A DNA stretch of 10,971 bases from an uncultured Myxococcales bacterium (GTDB taxonomy: Bacteria; Myxococcota; UBA4151): contig CAXGWI010000118.1 of assembly GCA_964013405.1 (NCBI GenBank), positions 1-10,971 of the forward strand. The letters run 5' to 3'. Position numbers and translations under genes: made by a program. Shown here in pieces: positions 6,394 through 10,971 of the stretch. Below the pieces are notes generated by a model. That model saw only the letters and a list, made by a program, of their open reading frames with translations. It was not told where the DNA came from and searched no databases. The first letter of the stretch is position 1, and every line of letters starts with the position of its first letter.

Positions 6394-7928
6394 CCATGAA
6401 ACCATTACCGCTGATCCTCCTGCTGGCCGGTTGTGCGACGACGAGCGCCCCCGGCTTGCTCCCCCCGCTCCCAAGCCAATGGCAACGGGCGGGCAGCGAA
6501 GCGCAGATCATCATCGAGAAGCGACTGGACTTGGGCCGGCTCGACAGCCCAGGGGGGATCTCCTGGCGCCGCTACGAGCAGCGCTTCCATCGTCATGGGG
6601 GTGAACTGCGCGTCGATCTGCCGGTCCACCCCGACCGTCGCGTCCTTAAAGCCGGACTCCGGACGCTGAGCGCTTCCGGTGCCATCGCCTATCGAGACCT
6701 CTCTCAATTCGTCTACACCGACCGCCGAGGCCAACCGGTTCTTGAGACAGATCGGGCTGCCTTTTTGTCGATTCGCATCCAAGTTGAGCCGGAGAGTCTC
6801 GTGGACTGGGCGATCGAAGGCGTCGACCGGCAAGCCCATTGGCTTCCAGCCCTCACCCTCGACGGCCCTTATCCCATCGAATCCGGCGTCCTGCAGATCA
6901 AGGGCGACCCCAGCCAAGAGATCGAAGTCGGATTCCGTGGCATTCAACCCAAAATGAGCCTGGAAGCTGGTGTGCGCAGTTATCATATCACCGGGCTCCA
7001 GGCCCATCTCCCTCACCCCTGGAGTCCGGCGCCCCTCGGTGAGCGGGCCCTTCGCCCCCGCTTCCGTCGTCCCCAGGCTCCCCACTTGGTCGAACGCATG
7101 ACCGGTCAGCCTCCGGTCATCTATGATCTAAAGCCCTCTCCCATGCTCAAGGGCGGACCGAGCGCGACGCCCTGCGTCCTGCTGCCCTGGGATCTTCCGG
7201 AGCCAAGCCCGGTGGATGTGATGCTGACCACCGCCGTCCCGAAGCCCAAAGGCGGCCTCCGGGCGACCATCGACCCGGTGACTGCTCGGGGGTTCCATAG
7301 TTGCCGACTCGTCGAGCCGGGCGCCCCGGCGGACGTGTCTCTGCCACCGGAGTCCGGTGTGGCCCTCTGGCGCTTCAAGTCTGTGATCAGCCCGGAGGGT
7401 GAAGCCGTCACCGAGGGTCGGGTCCAACTCGGTGGTGTCGCAGCTTACGCTGCCCGCCGTGGACTCATCGATCTAAAGCAGTTCCTCAAGGAACGCCTGG
7501 GCCAAAAGATGGGTCCAATCCATTTCCTTGGACTCGGCGGCGGCAAGGGTACAGGCCCGGTGAGCCTTGCTTTTCGCCTGCGCTTTCGCCCCACGGCGTT
7601 GGCCCCCCAGGACTGGCTTGCAGCCCCCTATCCGGCCCTGGACTGGTTACGACCGCAAACGCGGTTTCTAGGCCCCCTCGTGGATGAGGAACGAATCGAT
7701 TGGGAATTCCAATGGGGGGGGCGCTCCTCGCCCCTGCCCCCCACCCACTCAAAAACAGTCACGGAGCCCGAACTCGTCGGCTCGGCCACATGGACCCTGG
7801 GTTCGGTCCGTTCAGTTCGCTTTGTCCAAGAGTTGCGCTGGCAACTCAAACCCCACTTTGCTCGGCCTCTTGTGTTAAGGCGGTCCCTCAACCAATTACG
7901 CCTCGCCCCTCTCCCATTGGAGCGATGA
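6390..7928 (+). CDS. Putative lipoprotein, DUF3857-like N-terminal domain with a degenerate transglutaminase-like middle region (about 512 aa)
   Basis: ATG 6390 overlaps the kinase stop (ATGA); ATG 6396 is an alternative start. The N-terminus MTMKPLPLILLLAGC carries the lipobox LAGC. DUF3857-like pattern: AQIIIEKR...LRTLSASG...IQVEPESLVDW...LDGPYPIESGVLQI...YHITGLQAHLPHPWSP. The CDS and lipobox are well supported; the domain call is inference. Confidence 0.7.
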   Translation: MTMKPLPLILLLAGCATTSAPGLLPPLPSQWQRAGSEAQIIIEKRLDLGRLDSPGGISWRRYEQRFHRHGGELRVDLPVHPDRRVLKAGLRTLSASGAIAYRDLSQFVYTDRRGQPVLETDRAAFLSIRIQVEPESLVDWAIEGVDRQAHWLPALTLDGPYPIESGVLQIKGDPSQEIEVGFRGIQPKMSLEAGVRSYHITGLQAHLPHPWSPAPLGERALRPRFRRPQAPHLVERMTGQPPVIYDLKPSPMLKGGPSATPCVLLPWDLPEPSPVDVMLTTAVPKPKGGLRATIDPVTARGFHSCRLVEPGAPADVSLPPESGVALWRFKSVISPEGEAVTEGRVQLGGVAAYAARRGLIDLKQFLKERLGQKMGPIHFLGLGGGKGTGPVSLAFRLRFRPTALAPQDWLAAPYPALDWLRPQTRFLGPLVDEERIDWEFQWGGRSSPLPPTHSKTVTEPELVGSATWTLGSVRSVRFVQELRWQLKPHFARPLVLRRSLNQLRLAPLPLER

Positions 7929-7934
7929 CCCATC

Positions 7935-8786
7935 GTGATTCATCTGAACGGAAAGTCTCTCGCCCTCGAACGCCGTGAAGCCCTGGCCCAGCGAGTCACA
8001 GCCCAATTAGCTCTTGCTGGGCGCCCCCCAGGACTCAGTGTCATTCTTGTCGGTGACGACCCGGCCAGCGCCACATACGTTCGTAGTAAAGAGCGGGCAG
8101 CTGCAAAGGTGGGCATCGATGGTCAGGTGATACGCTTGGCGGAATCGGTTTCTCAGGACGAGGTTCTGGCAACACTGAGAGGGCTTGCGGAGGATCCAAG
8201 CGTTGACGGGATCCTCGTTCAACTGCCGCTCCCTCATCACCTCGACGAACAGGCGGTTCTCGACGCGGTCCCGGCCCACAAGGACGTGGATGGCTTCCAT
8301 GCCTTCAATACCGGCCTGCTCTTCCAACAGCGGCCTCGCTTTGTGCCCTGTACTCCCCTGGGGATCACCCACATCCTCGACGCCTATGAGATCGATGTCC
8401 AAGGCAAGAATGCGCTGGTTATTGGTCGCAGCCAGATCGTCGGTCGGCCCATGGCCGAGCTCTTGTTGCAGCGCCACGCAACGGTCACCATCGCCCATTC
8501 TAGGACACGGGACCTTGAGACCCTGCTGGGGCAAGCCGATGTTGTCGTGGCGGCCGTCGGACGCCCCGAAATGATCGTCGCTTCTCAGTTGAAACCAGGC
8601 TGTATCTTGATCGATGTCGGCATCAACCGGGTCGACGGGAAACTTGTTGGCGACATCCGCTGGGAAGGCCTTGAGGCGGTCGCAGCGGCAGCGACGCCCG
8701 TTCCTGGCGGCGTCGGTCCCATGACCATTGCGATGCTTCTCGAAAACAGCGTTTTGGCCTGGCAGCGCCACTGCAATCTGCCATGA
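7935..8786 (+). CDS. folD: Bifunctional methylenetetrahydrofolate dehydrogenase / methenyltetrahydrofolate cyclohydrolase
   Basis: Signature motifs PGLSVILVGDDPASATYVRSK (YxxxK), GILVQLPLP, KDVDGFH, PCTP, GRSQIVGRP, HSRT, IDVGIN and TPVPGGVGPMTIAMLLEN are all present. Length is 283 aa. Confidence 0.98.
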   Translation: MIHLNGKSLALERREALAQRVTAQLALAGRPPGLSVILVGDDPASATYVRSKERAAAKVGIDGQVIRLAESVSQDEVLATLRGLAEDPSVDGILVQLPLPHHLDEQAVLDAVPAHKDVDGFHAFNTGLLFQQRPRFVPCTPLGITHILDAYEIDVQGKNALVIGRSQIVGRPMAELLLQRHATVTIAHSRTRDLETLLGQADVVVAAVGRPEMIVASQLKPGCILIDVGINRVDGKLVGDIRWEGLEAVAAAATPVPGGVGPMTIAMLLENSVLAWQRHCNLP

Positions 8787-9835
8787 CCATGGGGCGGCTC
8801 GCATTGGCCTTTGTCCTGTGCGTCCCGCTGTGGTTGCGACTGTTCCTCGGCCTTGAAAAACTCGATGGGGCCTGGAGCCTGATCGCCGGCCCAATCCTAC
8901 CGGTTGCCGGACTCATCGCTGCCCTCATCGCCGTCGGTCTTCGCCGGCGCCTCGACCCTCGACTGGCCTTGTCGATCGCCGCCTTCAACTTGGCGGTCAC
9001 CGTAGAGGATATCGCAGTCGGCGGCATGGGGCCGGATGAGGGCTGGCCCGTCCTTACCTGGAATCTGGCCGATGCAGCCGGTTACCCATCCCAAATGGAC
9101 TGTGCTGTCTCCACTCTCTCCAAGCAACCCCGCGGTTTCTGGGCCTTTCAAGAGATGAGTCGCGAGGAAACCAAAGTTCTTGAAGCTCGCCTTCGCCTTC
9201 AATGCCTCCATTTGGAATATCACGATCGTGGCAGTCGCAATGGTCCGGCCCTTTGTGTCCCGGCTGAAGACGGTTGGGTGGTTCAAAGCGGCTATGCCCA
9301 CAAAATGACCGGAGACGCGGTCAATCGGTATCTGTTTGCGGAAGTCATTCCCCCGCAGGGTCCGGTGATCAACGTCGCCAATGTCCACTTACAGAGCTAT
9401 TGGGGCTCACGGGCCAGCGACGAACCCCAGGGTAAAGGCCTGTTCTCCCAACTGACATCGGCCCGCAAACGACTCCAGAAGATGGCTCGGCGCCAACGGG
9501 CCCAGGTCACGCGAATCACTCAGCGCTACGGCGGAATGAAAGACCCTCTTCTGCTCCTTGGCGACTTCAATTCCACGGCGAACGTGTGGATCCATCATCA
9601 CCTGCGCCAAACATTTCAAGATGCGCACCGGCAACGGGGTTGGGGGCTGGGAGGAAGTCGTCCGGTCGCTGCCCTCGGCCAACGGGTCGGGCCACGGGTC
9701 GACTACTTATATGCATCACCGGGCCTACGCTGGAGTGGTGAGACACAAACAATCAAAGGCTCTGAGGCCTGCAGTGACCACCGAGCGGTCCGCAGTTGGC
9801 TTAGCCTTGATCAGCCTCGCTCTCGCCGGCCCTAA
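8783..9835 (+). CDS. Endonuclease/exonuclease/phosphatase (EEP) family protein with N-terminal membrane helices
   Basis: ATGA overlap with the folD stop. Two to three hydrophobic segments lie in the first ~75 aa. EEP motifs follow in the correct order: LTWN, AFQE, NVHL, LLLGDFNS, RVDYLY and SDH. Confidence 0.9.
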   Translation: MTMGRLALAFVLCVPLWLRLFLGLEKLDGAWSLIAGPILPVAGLIAALIAVGLRRRLDPRLALSIAAFNLAVTVEDIAVGGMGPDEGWPVLTWNLADAAGYPSQMDCAVSTLSKQPRGFWAFQEMSREETKVLEARLRLQCLHLEYHDRGSRNGPALCVPAEDGWVVQSGYAHKMTGDAVNRYLFAEVIPPQGPVINVANVHLQSYWGSRASDEPQGKGLFSQLTSARKRLQKMARRQRAQVTRITQRYGGMKDPLLLLGDFNSTANVWIHHHLRQTFQDAHRQRGWGLGGSRPVAALGQRVGPRVDYLYASPGLRWSGETQTIKGSEACSDHRAVRSWLSLDQPRSRRP

Positions 9836-10970
9836 GCTCAAGTCGAGTGATCGTATTCCCTGTCTCCGGCTCGATGTACTCGACCACAACTTTATTCCCC
9901 TGAGGGTCGAAGGTGATCAGGGTGCCCGCGGGCTGGGAGCGAAGAAAGAGGAACTGCTCTGGGGGTGCGAGGTCCACTCGGCTCGCCTCCGACCCCATTT
10001 CCCACAAGACAGCCAAGGGGTTGTTTGCGTTGCCTCCAGGACCTGCGAGAATTTCAAACAGACCACTACGGGGCCCAGACCGCTCAACGCGAGTCACCGC
10101 ACCACAATGAAAGTCCCCTCCGATAAAGAAGACATTCGAGATGGCTTCATCGAGAATCCAGTCCAGCAATTCGTCCCGTTGCGCCTGATAGCCCTCCCAG
10201 CGGTCATCGGCCACCACGCTGAGCATCTCAGGCCAAGTGGTTACCGGGACTGAAGTCATCACCGCCTTGAAATGACATGGGCTGGCCGCGAGTGCAGACT
10301 TGAGCCAGTCCATTTGGGCGCTCGATATATAGATGGCATCGGGCTCTTTTCGACTCTCCACGACCCGCTCACTACGACAGTCGAGTACGAAAAACTCAAC
10401 ACTATCACCCCAGCGATAACTGGCCCAAAATCGCCCCGGCTCCACTTCGGGCTGGGCTAAGGTCTCAAAGTATCGATCCGCGGCGAAACGATGGCTGGCC
10501 GGATCGAGATCGTAGAGGCGACTGTTGTCGGTCACCTCATGGTCGTCCCAGGTAAAATACGAACCGACCGACGAGAGCAAGGCCTCGTAGCCAGGATCGG
10601 CCAGGGCCGCATGCCAGTTGCTCCGATAAGCCGCCTTTGCTGCCCGCACATCACCGTCAGCGCGGGCCTGGATCGCCGTGCGCGTCGCACCGTCGTTGTA
10701 GACCATATCCCCCAGTTGCAAGAACACGTCGGGCTCGCGCTCAGCCATCCGTTCGAGGGCGGCAAATGGCGCGTTGCGAAGGTGGGTGCAGGCCGTCGCC
10801 GCCACCTGAACCTCTGGGGCACAACCTGGCGCTGGCGCGGTTTGAAACCGGCTTGCGAGGGAGCGGGTTCCGTCCACATCATCCACGAGCGCAAAGACGT
10901 AGCGGGCCCCGGAGCGGAGTCCTTTTACTTCAAGTTTGGCGTAGCCTTCCTGGGGTCGCACAGCCTCGTT
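9801..10970 (-). CDS. phoD: Alkaline phosphatase D family protein; 5' end outside the window
   Basis: The minus-strand frame is open from the window edge to TAA at 9803-9801. It includes the tail of the FN3/PAP-like N-domain (KLEVKGLRSGARYVF...RFQTAP) and PhoD metal-ligand motifs: TAC, LGDMVYND, WDDHEVTDN, FVLDCRSER, DRWEGY and GGDFH. Confidence 0.93.
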   Translation of the reverse strand, partial: NEAVRPQEGYAKLEVKGLRSGARYVFALVDDVDGTRSLASRFQTAPAPGCAPEVQVAATACTHLRNAPFAALERMAEREPDVFLQLGDMVYNDGATRTAIQARADGDVRAAKAAYRSNWHAALADPGYEALLSSVGSYFTWDDHEVTDNSRLYDLDPASHRFAADRYFETLAQPEVEPGRFWASYRWGDSVEFFVLDCRSERVVESRKEPDAIYISSAQMDWLKSALAASPCHFKAVMTSVPVTTWPEMLSVVADDRWEGYQAQRDELLDWILDEAISNVFFIGGDFHCGAVTRVERSGPRSGLFEILAGPGGNANNPLAVLWEMGSEASRVDLAPPEQFLFLRSQPAGTLITFDPQGNKVVVEYIEPETGNTITRLELRAGESEADQG

Positions 10971-10971
10971 C

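Noticed and set aside
5964..7721. C8 (5964-5971) and G8 (7714-7721) homopolymers as phase-variation tracts
   Set aside because: The runs are short, both frames are intact, and they encode ordinary His-Pro-Pro-His and Trp-Gly-Gly-Arg in a GC-rich genome.
8007..8894. 295-aa antisense ORF over folD, and similar shadow ORFs (6405-7085, 3390-4001, 9558-10253)
   Set aside because: They lie opposite or across well-supported genes, show no recognisable motifs, and are expected from stop-codon scarcity in GC-rich DNA.
1..10971. CRISPR array, IS element, prophage or anti-phage defence system
   Set aside because: I saw no regularly spaced direct repeats, transposase, integrase or phage genes. The kinase, TPR and EEP genes have envelope or housekeeping architectures rather than a defence-operon layout.

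Overview
GC-rich bacterial chromosomal window, most likely from a Myxococcota or related deltaproteobacterial lineage. This is inferred from an SgmX-like TPR protein, a myxobacterial-type TonB-family protein and a PEGA-domain Hanks kinase. The + strand carries, in order: the 3' end of an AbgT-family transporter, a ~650-aa TPR protein, tRNA-Gly(CCC) with a strong intrinsic terminator, and a beta-propeller-like lipoprotein. It continues with a TonB-family protein, a membrane Ser/Thr kinase with PEGA-like domains, a DUF3857-like lipoprotein, folD and a membrane-anchored EEP-family phosphoesterase. A 5'-truncated PhoD-family phosphatase converges from the - strand and overlaps the EEP gene by 35 bp. 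I see no mobile element, CRISPR array or defence system. The best leads are a lipoprotein with an apparently eroded, non-catalytic transglutaminase core, a compact SgmX-like protein outside its usual context, and a possible envelope signalling cluster. Family calls come from motif recognition by eye, not from database searches.
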